From NCBI RefSeq assembly GCF_006345805.1, contig NC_043002.1:32178001-32242000 (forward strand): a DNA stretch of 64,000 bases, written 5' to 3'. The number at the start of each line of letters is the position of its first letter. The stretch's first letter is position 1. Both the position numbers and the translations under genes were made by a program. Shown piece by piece: positions 1-10,961 of this stretch. The DNA comes from Octopus sinensis (Eukaryota). The notes beneath the pieces are model-generated. The model ran no database searches and had not been told where the DNA came from. It saw only the letters and a program-made list of their open reading frames with translations.

Positions 1-303
1 CTCAAAGTCTTGATCTCAACCCTATAGAAAACGTTTGAAAGATTATTGCAGATGGGGCATGAAGGAGAAATCGAAAGAACCAAGATGAACTCTGGGAATA
101 ATTTTAAAACGAATGGAACAATATTACTCCATCATTTTGCAAGAAATTAATTCAGTCCTGTGGTAACAGATGTCAGGAGATCATTGATAGTAAAGGGATG
201 TTCACAAAAAAAAAATATTAATAGTAAGGGTTTCTTTTTTGTTCTTGTTCCATTTTCCATTTTTTTCTTTTCTAAGTGACCCTTAAATTTTGGCCGTTGC
301 TGT
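1..303 (+). pseudogene. 3' end of a degenerate Tc1-family DDE transposase, with probable right end of the element
   Basis: Frame from nt 3 reads QSLDLNPIENV*KIIADGA*RRNRKNQDELWE*F*NEWNNITPSFCKKLIQSCGNRCQEIIDSKGMFTK. This matches the Tc1 C-terminal SPDLNPIENxW...ELW...EW..I...KG..TKY signature, with several stops. Confidence 0.8.
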
Positions 304-521
304 TTGGAAGATTATTTGTTTATTTCCTCATAACATACGAAATATTTAATCCATTCACTTGAAATTTTCACGAAAGAAGATAACAGAGATGTTCTTGCAT
401 ATCAAGTGACCTGATCTGAGATCGTGTGCGGAAACAAAAACAATTGCAGCGTGGAAGTTGTTTATAAGCCATTAAAAAATACATAAAAAAACGTTAGATT
501 CGCTTCGATATTTAAATATAA

Positions 522-572
522 TTTGCCGAAATATTTTCGTCGCTTTGAGACCGCGACCTGTTCACTGACAAA
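522..572 (-). ncRNA. Hammerhead-ribozyme-like motif, type I, G3-C8 core variant
   Basis: Minus strand TTTGTCA-GTGAACA-G-GTCGC-ggtctcaaa-GCGAC-GAAA-ATATT-T-CGGCAAA gives stem I (imperfect), core GUGAACA, a 5-bp stem II, GAAA and a palindromic AAUAUU stem III. Confidence 0.5.
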
Positions 573-1399
573 ACTCCGTGCTGCATCTGAGAAAGTTTTT
601 GAGAGAATTCCAAGAAAATGCAGAATACGTTATTCTGTAAAAATATATATATAAATAAATAAAAATAAAAATAAAAAAACAAAAGTACCGAATTTAGGTT
701 TTTAGGTGTTCTGAGAGAAGCTATTTGAATTTACTACTTCAAAAATATAACCAAATTCTGAATATTTGATCAGCCTGATCTAATTTTGAGAGCAAAATTC
801 CTGATTTTGCCAGGTCTTTGACATAGTTGACGATGACAATAGCGTAAACAGAAAGAGGTCGACATAAAAATTTTCAATTTAGATTTTTGTGCATTTATGC
901 GATGAAGATATCGGTAAAGATAGATCTTAAATATTTGAAATACTTGCACAAACTTTGCAAAAATATCTACTGTAACAAGTTGTTTGCCACAACATATTGT
1001 ACTTGGAGAGGAACAAAGACTCATTATGCTATTAGAATCTATATAATCAACCATGTTCAGAAGGCATACAAACAAAACAGGACTAATTGGAAATTAGGAA
1101 TTTGATTTCATATAAAACAAGGCAACAAAAGAATATTTACTTTCAATTACTACGTTCTACGCCGTCTATTAATGGCAGAATAATTCACCAGCAACGGCCA
1201 ACTACGAAATGTTCTCATTTGTGCAAAGCCAACCTGCAAGCAATTCAAAACTAGTAGTTGTGTCTTAATCTGAAAGCTGCCGTATTCTAAGATTTAACCC
1301 AACTAAAAATAAAGATATAGTGAAAAGGCAGCATGTAAAGATAGAACAAGTGCCGCAGAATCGCTGCATTCAGAAAAGTTCTCTTGTGATCTAATACAC

Positions 1400-1597
1400 A
1401 AAGAATCCTTCTCCTTCTTTCTTTCCTTCTTTCTTTCTTTCTGTCTTTCTTTCTCTCCCCTTCTCTCTCTCTATATATATATGTGTTTGTGTGTTTGTAT
1501 ATATATATATAGGCATATACACATGCGTGCGCATATATAGCTATAAAGGCACAATAACACACACAGTATATATATATATATATATATATAAATATAA

Positions 1598-1628
<31 letters not shown>

Positions 1629-2120
1629 CATACATACATACATATATATACATATATATTCATATATATGTGTGTGTATGTATGTATCTGTATTTTAGAT
1701 AGCTAAACATATGCACATAAATATTAAGTGATACGTGTACTGTGCGATCAATATATGCATGTAAAATGTATGAAATTTCGATATGTAAGACTATATATAT
1801 ATATATATATACAGATATGCACATAATACACACACATATATAATATGCATATATGTGCATGTTCACACGTAAATTCACACGTGCATAGATAAATGCACAC
1901 ATACATGCATACGGACATACATACATAGAAACGTATATACATGCATTCATACATGCATACATACATGCATATATTCATACATGCACGCATATTTACATAC
2001 ATACAAACATATACACATACATACATGCATACATACATACATACATACATACACACATACATACAGACATGCATACATGCATACGTACATGCGTACATAC
2101 ATGCACAAATACATACATAC
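1400..2120. repeat. Compound microsatellite field: (CTTT)n, (TA)n, (CA)n, (TACA)n
   Basis: Directly visible. It accounts for the YI/MYVC/HT-type ORFs here. Confidence 0.95.
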
Positions 2121-2467
2121 GTAAGCTTGTGTTGTCAGTGATAGTCTGACATTTGTTGCTAAATACTCAACTCTACACATTTCCATTAGAATCTATTGAA
2201 ATATGTTTCGACATCATTCTTGTATCCAGATACGTTTGCTATTTCAGCTGGACTCGCGGCCAGTTCCCCCACCACCCTTGACATTTTCTGACTATCACTT
2301 GCTTCTTTAGAAAGTTCTTCAAGACGCAGGTCATTTGGTGCTAAACATGCTCTCTCTTTCCTCTCACCCCCAACCTTTTCATTCCCCTCAACCTACCATA
2401 CACCCTTGTTACATACTCACGCACCCGAGTCGCACGGTACTCTCCACTTAGCTTGATCACTGCTGAC

Positions 2468-3049
2468 ATTCTTCTTCTTCTTCTTCTTCTTCTTCTTCTT
2501 CTTCTTCTTCTTCTTCTTCTTCTTCTTCTTCTTCTTCTTCTTCTTCCCCTCCTTCTTCTTCTTCATGATGCTTTTTCTTTCTTCTTTTTTCCTCTTCACT
2601 TTCTTGTTTTTCTTGTTTTTCCTCCTCTAGCCTTCTTTATCTCCCCCTCCTCCCATTCTGCTCGTCCTCGTCCTCCCCCTCTCCCCTCCCTTCTTCCCCT
2701 CCTCCTCTTTTCCCTCCTTCTACTACTACTATTTCATTTGCTATTATTTTCTCTCACCTCTCATTGCTTTTGTCATCATCTCACCTTCCAATGTAATCGT
2801 TTTAATCATCACCACTACTACCATCACCACTACTACCATCACCACTACTACCATCACCACTACAATCATCACCACTACAACAATCACCCCACCACCACTA
2901 CTACTACTACTACTACCACCAACACCAACATCATCATCATCATTATCGTCACTACCACTAACACTAATACCATTAAAATACTACCACCACTACCGTCGAC
3001 GCTGTCATTTGTAGTAGTTTGTACTATTGCAATAATAATGATTTTGAAT

Positions 3050-3099
<50 letters not shown>

Positions 3100-3125
3100 A
3101 CAGTTGTTGTTGTTGTTGTAGCTCT
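2468..3125. repeat. Compound trinucleotide microsatellites: (CTT)n, (CAC/TAC)n, (GTA)n
   Basis: Directly visible tracts. Confidence 0.95.
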
Positions 3126-3403
3126 CCAGAATTAATGCCGTTCTTTCACAAATAAGAATGAAAGTAAACCAAATGTATTCCAGCTTTAGACAAAATGGCA
3201 ACGAGGACACATTAATCAACAACAGCGATGACGATGACGACGACAACGATATCACCCACAGCTACATCAGCACCACAACGATAATAACAGCCACAGCAGC
3301 AGCAGCAGCAACGATGACAATAACAATGACACCAACAACTGCAGCACAACAATAACAACATCGATAATAAAAACTGCAGCAATAACAACAACATTTATGC
3401 CAT

Positions 3404-3625
3404 TCTTTTATTCTTTTACTAGTTTCAGTCATTTTGAGTGCGGCCATGCTGGAGCACCGCCTATTTTTAGTCGAAGCAATTGATCCTTGGACTTATTGTT
3501 TGTAAGCCTGGTTCTTATTCTCTCAATCTCTTAGGCCGAACCGCCAGGTTACGGGGACATAAAGACATCAATATCGGTTGTCAAGCGATGGAGGGAGGAC
3601 GAGCAAACAGACTCAGACACACAAA
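3404..3625 (-). mobile_element. SINE family B (microsatellite-split SINE), 3' half
   Basis: Shares the block cttttact.gtttcagtca...ggccatgctggagcaccgcc...gccgaaccg...gttacgggga...gttgtcaagcgatg with copies at 9313, 11925, 27750, 30182, 34270 and 52034. Confidence 0.85.
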
Positions 3626-3632
3626 TATATAT

Positions 3633-3663
<31 letters not shown>

Positions 3664-3837
3664 CCACGCACGCACACATGCACAAACACACGCACGCACA
3701 ACACACAACACACGCACGCACACACACACACACACACACACCACCACCACCACACACACACACACACACACACACCCACATATATATATATATATATATA
3801 TAATAATATATAATTATATATATATATATATATATAA

Positions 3838-4055
3838 AGTTAATCCAAACAAGAAAGCACAAAAAAACACAACAACGCGAGGACGTGGAACAAATATAGT
3901 ATTATTGGACGCTCAGGAAAAAGAAAAGAAGGAGGTTTTAACGTTTCGAGCGGAGCTCTTCGTCGGAAACATAGGAGAAGGAAAGATCCATTGAAGGGAA
4001 GACAGAGGGAAAAAATCGTCACCGGTACACACGAGGTCACATTTGAAAAAAAAGG
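3838..4055 (-). mobile_element. (TA)n-abutting repeat with a degenerate minimal hammerhead core (Penelope-like terminal-repeat type)
   Basis: Minus strand 3970-3935 reads GTTT-CCGACGA-A-GAGC-tcc-GCTC-GAAA-CG-TT-AAAACC. The 3' end joins (TA)n. Confidence 0.5.
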
Positions 4056-4063
4056 GATATATA

Positions 4064-4434
4064 TCTCTCTATATATAAACGGCAGTTTGTCTGTGTGTGT
4101 TTCTGTGTGTCTGTTAGGTTGTACCCTCACCCTGACCACAGCTTTCAACCGATTCTAATGAAACTTGAAACACACATAGCCCAATGTCATAATTCAAAAC
4201 TAACGCAGCGAAAATTTTGAGAAGTTCCCCCAGTTCTGAAAAAAATCGATAAATTCGACATGGGGTCGAGAATCATAAACACAAAACCACAGACTGTCTA
4301 GGGGACGCAACTCGACATTTTTAACTAAAAAAAAAATTTACCATCATTTTTTTCCATTTTTTGGCTATAACTCTCTAAAAATGCTTATAGTTACTTCCCT
4401 TACAAACCCGAGCAACGCCGGGCGATACTGCTAG
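4064..4434 (+). mobile_element. Non-autonomous Helitron, complete (~370 bp)
   Basis: Starts TC (TCTCTCTATATATAAAC), has the GC hairpin CCCGAGCAACGCCGGG just before a CTAG 3' end, and is inserted between A and T. Homologous to 32165-32444. Confidence 0.85.
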
Positions 4435-4462
4435 TATATATATATATAATATATTATATATA

Positions 4463-4547
<85 letters not shown>

Positions 4548-4864
4548 TATATATATATATATATTGTATAGAGGGCATTATTACACATAGATGCCTCACA
4601 CTAAGAGGGACAAAGTCATTACTACCAAAAATTACATAATCATACCTAATGCAGTTCTTCAAAGCAAGACATTTAAAAAATGAATTTAGTTCTGTATCAC
4701 CGTGATTTCACATTTAACTTACGTCTATGATCATCAGCAGAACTGATTCTAAACACATCATAAATAAACCACCAACCTTACCTAGCGAAGATGAACAGAC
4801 ATCTATTCACTCCGGCCAAGCACATGGAATGTTTATAAATAATATATTCGGTAAATGGCATATA

Positions 4865-5032
4865 TATATACACGACAGGTTTCTTTCAGTTTCTGTCTAC
4901 TAAATCCAATCACACGATTTTGGTCGGCCCGAGGCTATAGTAGAAGACACATGCCCAAGGTGTCAGACAGTGGGACCGAACCCTGAGCCCTGTGGTTTGG
5001 AAGCAAGCTTCTTACAACACAGCCACGCTTGC
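4865..5032 (-). mobile_element. SINE family B, 5' half (tRNA-like head plus CORE-like block)
   Basis: Reverse complement matches the head gtggctgtgtggtaag...ggttcagtccca...cttgggca.gtgtcttctactatagcctcgggccgacc of the full copy at 34054. Confidence 0.8.
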
Positions 5033-5169
5033 AATATTGACTTCTATAATAATACCCAAAACATATCCAAAAGCGGCAACAAGTCGACTAGATTATTTGT
5101 GCGCGTTTGGTCAACCAGTTAGAAAAAGCAGCTAAATCTCCTTCAAATCATACATTGTCGCAATAACGA

Positions 5170-5340
5170 TTTCAAATTTTGGTACAAGGCCAGCAATCAA
5201 TTACATCGACCGCAGTGCTCAACTTGTACTTTTTTTTTATCGACATCGAAAGAATAGAAGGCAAAGTGACCTCGGCGGAGTTTGAACTCCGAACGTAAAG
5301 ACAAATGAAATGCTGCTAACCATTTGTTCACCGTTAACTA
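5170..5340 (-). mobile_element. SINE family C, degenerate copy
   Basis: Contains ttacatcgac...tttatcgac..cgaaag.at..aaggcaaagt.gacctcggcgga.tttgaactc, shared with the copies at 47221 and 54227. Confidence 0.7.
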
Positions 5341-5499
5341 ATATAAAGTCTTTTTCCCGGTGTACTTACTATTTTGCCAGATTGCCTCGTTACGAAGAAC
5401 AACAGCAACACAAACAACACAGCAACGGTCATACATGGTGACGCACGCTTGGATAGCAAAGAGCTGGAAAAGCTGGGAAAATGCAAGATACTAAAACAC

Positions 5500-5740
5500 G
5501 AAATAGTGCAATAAAAAGAGTAACTGCCAACCGAGTAGTTGTAGCAGCACTCGGAACACTAACTAAGATCGAGAAGTATATCAAAGAAATTGGAATTGAC
5601 ATGTGGGTAGATGATGCTCAAAAATCTGCGCTGTTGGGGACAGCGAGGATCGTGATATTGGTACTTGGGTGTTAAGTATCTTCCACGATACTTAACATCG
5701 AGGTACCAAGTCTTATAATTCGTGGTAAGGGACCTTGAAA
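5500..5740 (+). mobile_element. 3' end of an R4/Dong-like RLE non-LTR retrotransposon
   Basis: Translation VVVAALGTLTKIEKYIKEIGIDMWVDDAQKSALLGTARIVILVLGC* matches the RLE-LINE C-terminus (VVVGALG...QKxxLLGTARIL) seen in other copies in this window. Confidence 0.65.
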
Positions 5741-5784
5741 AACCCTATGAGACCTTTGCGTTCATACATGCGTCCTGATGTATG

Positions 5785-5905
5785 AAGGCACATGACTCAG
5801 TGGTTAGAGCGTCGGGCTTACAAATCGTGAGGTTGTGAGTTTGATTCTCGGACCGGGCCGTGTGTTGTGTTCTTCAGCATGACACTATTTTTACGATGTT
5901 CCAGA
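5785..5905 (+). mobile_element. tRNA-derived SINE head with CORE-like start, truncated
   Basis: A-box (tgactcagtggttag) and B-box (gtttgattctc), followed by gtgttgtgttcttcagcatgacact. Related to the head of the copy at 30790-31123. Confidence 0.6.
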
Positions 5906-5934
5906 TCAAGTGAGAACTACTTTGGAGTACTGGT

Positions 5935-6090
5935 CCTACACCTGCATTGGAGGTACTGGGAAAGCGCTGCTGCTACGCACACTGTAATCCTGGACCGCAT
6001 CGAGAGAAATACCGCTCAAATGGTCGGCATTAAATCACTGACATACGCTCCAAATTCCCCACCCCCTAATGGCACGTGCTCTCCTCACTC
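5935..6090 (+). mobile_element. Degenerate CR1/Jockey-group LINE fragment (post-RT region)
   Basis: Frameshifted translation resembles LEYWSYTC...AAATHTVILDRIERNTAQMVG, similar to the LEYCSHxW...LLDRIQRRAxRLI motif. Confidence 0.45.
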
Positions 6091-8351
6091 TAATTTTGTG
6101 CTACAACAATAATGTTCTTCGGAGCCAAGTAGATTTCTTCTTTTACTACTTGGGTATCCCCAATTCACTCATTTCTCCACTCCTCTTTAATTTTGGTGCG
6201 CCCAACTCTTACGCTGGCCCTGCACTCATCACTACGCTCATTTCCTCTTCCGTAAATCACTGTCCCTTTGGAATCCTTTCCCTATTCCTTTTCTTTTAGC
6301 AGATGTTGACCTTTCTCAGTTTAAGAAAAACATTAATAACAACGCTCTCACCTGTCTCAGAGGATGTGCAAGGACCATAGGCACTTCTCTTCTCTTCAGC
6401 CTGAGCCTGAATTGCCATTTTCTCTACAAAACCATCAAGCACTTCCCACCATCGCACGCCGCTCACAGATCACATCCATGAACCACCTAGATAGTCACAT
6501 AAAGATAGTAAAAATGAAAAGTGAACCTGATTTTTAATGCAGGTAAGACTAACCTTCATAGTCATTGGTATTTTACATACACTCCAGCATCTACATTTAG
6601 AATATTCCTGACACTACTACAATACAATTCTAAACTCGCTGTCAATTCCATTCAAGTAAGCCAAACATGCACGCGCATACAAAACCATGAATAGCCTCAG
6701 TAACCTCTTGAACTAAGCAGGGATTCACCGGTGGTGATTGCAAAAAAACATTTCCAACGCTCTGACCACACTTACTAAATTGCCAGTACCTATTGTGGTC
6801 ACTACCAGAATTCGCATTTTCAGAGAAACAGACTCGTGAGAGGAGAGAGTACACTGACTCCTGACTACAGATCTACACTTTATACGATTAACCACACTGT
6901 TTCTCAGAATGAATAGTGTAGTTCTCTTATAGGAACCGGTATGGTGTATCTGAAACAGTAAGATTGTGGATCTTTCCTACTCCTTCGGATGACTATCTCC
7001 GTGTTGTTTTGAAGCGAAATGCACACAATGCAAATAACTTTATACTAATACTTATATGTGTATTGTAAGCATTTCATCCCCCCCCCACAACAACACACAT
7101 CCACTTTCTGCATTACGTGACTCGGTAAGAAGTAAATGCGTGATTTATTCAGAATAAAATTTTAAGGATATAATTATCTAAATTCTTTTAGTAAACATTC
7201 GCCATATAACTTTTATTAAAGTCATCAAGTGCATCGAAATACTATTGATGGTATCGTGATATTTATTCCTTCTCATTAAGTTCTGAATTCAAATCCTACT
7301 CATGTCAACATTTCCTTTCATCCTATTGGGGTCAATTAAGAAGTACGAACCATCATCTAGGCAATGGATTGGCAAAACCATAAACGCAATGGACCAGATG
7401 CCTCTCAGTTTCTTCAAGCTCTTTATGTCCGGAGTTCAAATGTCGTCATAGCCTACTTAGGTGATAGACTTAATCGCTCGCCTGGTTAAACACCACTCTC
7501 TGATACTATGGTTATCTTTAACAGATTCCGCCTGTGGAAATCATTCGGATTACAGTTATGGTTTGCAAATATTTTCCTCTATTCCAACCAATCTTAATGG
7601 TTCTGAAATGGGTCATGGGCTTTGCTTACCGTTTTGACAATAAAAATATTATTATTATTACAATAAATGAAGTACAGTGAATTGAATCAAACCCGTTGTA
7701 CATAGTTTTGTATTCTAAACCCTTCTATAACTTTTCGAACAAAGTACGCTTGCTTTCTGAGCACATTGTTGAATTGCATAGTTCTATTTCGGATTAAATT
7801 TAGCACCACCTTACTAGAGTAGTAGTAGTAGTAGTAGTAGTAGTAGCAGCAGCAGCAGCAGCTGGTTGTTGTTGCTTTTTATTATTATTCTTGTTGCAGC
7901 TGTACTGCTCACTCTTTTGTGTTTATCACTTTACTAATGATTTACGTTCGATACTTTATAGGTGTTCGTTTACAGAGTTAAAATAGCCGGGACCTAACTT
8001 TCTATATAACTGTTTCATGGATTTAGACTATTAAGGCTAGACATATTATAATTACCAATAATTATTGTTATTTTTAACACTGCTGGTATTGTTATTACTG
8101 ATGCTGTCAGAGATATTATTACATCTTATTACACTTAACAGTTGACGATAGTGATGGTAATGCTAACTCTATTGTTAGTTCAGCAATATTTATAGTTCCT
8201 TCTTTCACAGTTTTTTTGGCACTAGTCGTTCTCACCTTGTCATATATGAATCAACGCCTCTGTATTCTACAATACACAGCAGAAGAAAATACAAGAAGGG
8301 TTCCCATACATCTCTCTCCTCTTACTTGTCTTTCGCTTTTTCATTTCTTTA

Positions 8352-8384
<33 letters not shown>

Positions 8385-9312
8385 TTCTCTCTCTCCCATC
8401 ACGTGTCGACACTTGGGTTTATTCATTCTTAATTTTGTTCTACATTTTACTTACATATATTTTTCTCCACCCACCCCATTTTGACCTTTTTTTGTGGCTA
8501 TTATATTCAAGACATTTTCTTCCTATTTTAGTCCATAACCCCACCATCTTTCTTTTAGTTTCATTTATCACGTTTGTCGTCATATTCACCAGTAAACTGA
8601 TGCCTTTCATTTCAACTGAATTGTTTCTCATTCAATAATTTCTAACTTGCCTTGTTCTTTGCAATTTCTTCTGCTTCAATGTGATGTTTATTGTCAACAC
8701 TGGACATGTGACTTCCGCTATTTACTTGCCAGATCAACGCTTTACGACTTAACACTGACAGAAACTCACATGGCGTCCGCAAAAATCACACGCATGTACA
8801 CATCGCATACGCACAAAGCCACGTACACACACATGTGGACACCAGATAACACAAAACACATACACACACACAACCACACACACACACACACACAAACATA
8901 CGTATACATATACATGCATAGACATCCACAAACAACGTGTGCCATTCTCCAGCTGCATGTCAAGTGCCAGTCTTTTACATCGTTAGTGAGAATACTTTGG
9001 ATATGTTCGCATTCCATATCTGCAGGGTCATGAGTGTAACTGGTTACTGTTTCATTTGTTACTAATATTCAGCTGACAAAACAGCAACAGTAACAACAAC
9101 GACAACAACAGCAATAACAACATTAACAAAAACGTCGAGAAAGGACGACGAAGGGAACAACAGTGAAATTAATTCTACTACTACAGAAGTAATAATTTCT
9201 AGAGTATAAACTCTCTTTCACACCCACACATATATATACACACTTTTATATGCATACACTATATGTGTGTACGTGTGTGAGTGTATGTGTGCGTGTATAT
9301 ATTAAAACATAT

Positions 9313-9530
9313 ACTCTTTACTCTTTTACTTGTTTCAGTCATTTAACACTGGCCATGCTGGAGCACCGCCTTTAGTCGAACAAATCGGCCCCAGGACTTA
9401 TTCTTTGTAAGACTACTACTTATTCTATCGGTCTGTTTTGCCGAACCGCTAATTTACGGGCATGTAAACACAATAATATCGGTTGTCAAGCGATGTTGTG
9501 TGAGGGGGGGACAAATACAGACACACAAAA
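9313..9530 (-). mobile_element. SINE family B, 3' half
   Basis: Same tail block as 3404 and 34270, followed by its (CA)/(TA) linker. Confidence 0.85.
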
Positions 9531-9587
9531 CGTATTCGTATACACACACACACACTATATATATATATAATATATATATGCATATGT

Positions 9588-9623
<36 letters not shown>

Positions 9624-9988
9624 ATACATTATATATTATATGTATGTATATATATATATATATGTATATATTCCACACACACACCACACGCACTAATATA
9701 TATATATATACACACAAGCATATATACACATATATATATATATTATATATATATATATATATATAGAAATATTAAAATTACTAAGTCTCTCTAAAAGAGA
9801 ACAACGGCAGCGTTCCGGAAAATATTAGTTATCGCCATACTAATATGGCATTCTTATAAAAATAAGAAAAAAGCTGACCGCTTATTAGCTCCATGAGGCC
9901 ATCGCCTTAAGTTAGCTATTTGATACACATCTGTATCCATATAACTTTGAACAAGGGAGGTCAGTCGCTCCACACTACTTGGCCGGCA

Positions 9989-10029
9989 GCTACAGACGCG
10001 TTTCGGGGTATTGCCCCTTTCAATGCAGC
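9989..10029 (-). ncRNA. Type I hammerhead ribozyme copy 1 (one A short in the core homopolymer)
   Basis: Reverse complement is GCTGCA-TTGAAA-GGGG-caata-CCCC-GAAA-CGCG-TC-TGTAGC. Confidence 0.65.
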
Positions 10030-10346
10030 GTAGCCAAACCAGTAGGTGTCGCTTCCGACAATCTCTGTTCAAAGGTTTTATTTACTAGCTTCGGTGGAAT
10101 ACATCCACTTGTTTTCATAATAGAAATATTAAAATTACTAAGCTCTCTCTAAAAGAAACAACGGCAGCGTTCCCGGAAATATTAGTTATCGCCATACTAA
10201 TATGGCATTCTTATAAAAATAAGAAAAAAAGATGACCGCTTATTAGCTCCATGAGGCCATCGCCTTAAGTTAGCTATTTGATACACATCTGTATCCATAT
10301 AACCTTTGAACAAGGGAGGTCAGTCGCTCCACACTACTGGCCGGCA

Positions 10347-10386
10347 GCTACAGACGCGTTTCGGGTATTGCCCCTTTTCATGCAGC
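10347..10386 (-). ncRNA. Type I hammerhead ribozyme copy 2 (two single-base deletions)
   Basis: Reverse complement is GCTGCA-TGAAAA-GGGG-caata-CCC-GAAA-CGCG-TC-TGTAGC. Confidence 0.6.
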
Positions 10387-10557
10387 GTAGCCAAACCAGT
10401 AGGTGTCGCTTCCGACAATCTCTGTTCAAAGGTTTTATTTACCTAGCTTCGGTGGAATACATCCACTTGTTTTCAATAATAGAAATATTAAAATTACTAA
10501 GTCTCTCTAAAAGAGAACAACGGCAGCGTTCCCGGAAAATATTACTGGTTTGGCTAC

Positions 10558-10599
10558 GCTGCATTGAAAAGGGGCAATACCCCGAAACGCGTCTGTAGC
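10558..10599 (+). ncRNA. Type I hammerhead ribozyme copy 3, intact, U3-A8 core variant; predicted cleavage after C10593
   Basis: GCTGCA (stem I) TTGAAAA (core) GGGG-caata-CCCC (stem II) GAAA CGCG T C (palindromic stem III, GUC site) TGTAGC (stem I partner, 6 bp with one G.U). Confidence 0.8.
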
Positions 10600-10919
10600 T
10601 GCCGGCCAAGTAGTGTGGAGCGACTGACCTCCCTTGTTCAAAGGTTATATGGATACAGATGTGTATCAAATAGCTAACTTAAGGCGATGGCCTCATGGAG
10701 CTAATAAGCGGTCAGCTTTTTTCTTATTTTTATAAGAATGCCATATTAGTATGGCGATAACTAATATTTTCCGGAACGCTGCCGTTGTTTCTTTTCTTAG
10801 AGAGACTTAGTAATTTTAATATTTCTATTATTGAAAACAAGTGGATGTATTCCACCGAAGCTAGGTAAATAAAACCTTTGAACAGAGATTGTCGGAGCGA
10901 CACCTACTGGTTTGGCTAC

Positions 10920-10961
10920 GCTGCATTGAAAAGGGGCAATACCCCGAAACGCGTCTGTAGC
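10920..10961 (+). ncRNA. Type I hammerhead ribozyme copy 4, intact, U3-A8 core variant; predicted cleavage after C10955
   Basis: Identical to copy 3. Stem I extends via GGC/GCC, GGTT/GGCC and CTACT/AGTAG with a TAC/T internal loop. Confidence 0.8.

Noticed and set aside
770-1280. Possible GIY-YIG/Penelope remnant (SCLPQHIVLGEEQRL)
   Set aside because: Only a faint resemblance to C..C...YIGET. No second motif supports it.
1287-3803. Many 60-200 aa ORFs rich in YI, MYVC, HT, poly-L/K/Y (and similar ORFs throughout the window)
   Set aside because: They are translations of (TA)n, (TACA)n, (CA)n, (CTT)n and (ATT)n microsatellites with no coding signal.
6642-6854. ORF with SGSDHNRYWQFSKC...CLVQE, faintly like the post-Met-turn region of ADAM/reprolysin proteases
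   Set aside because: No convincing splice acceptor or donor, no HExxH exon nearby, and the similarity is within chance.
8700-8790. ETS-like (ACTTCCG) and YY1-like (CATGGCG) motifs suggesting a promoter
   Set aside because: Short motifs with no associated exon, CpG enrichment or transcript evidence.
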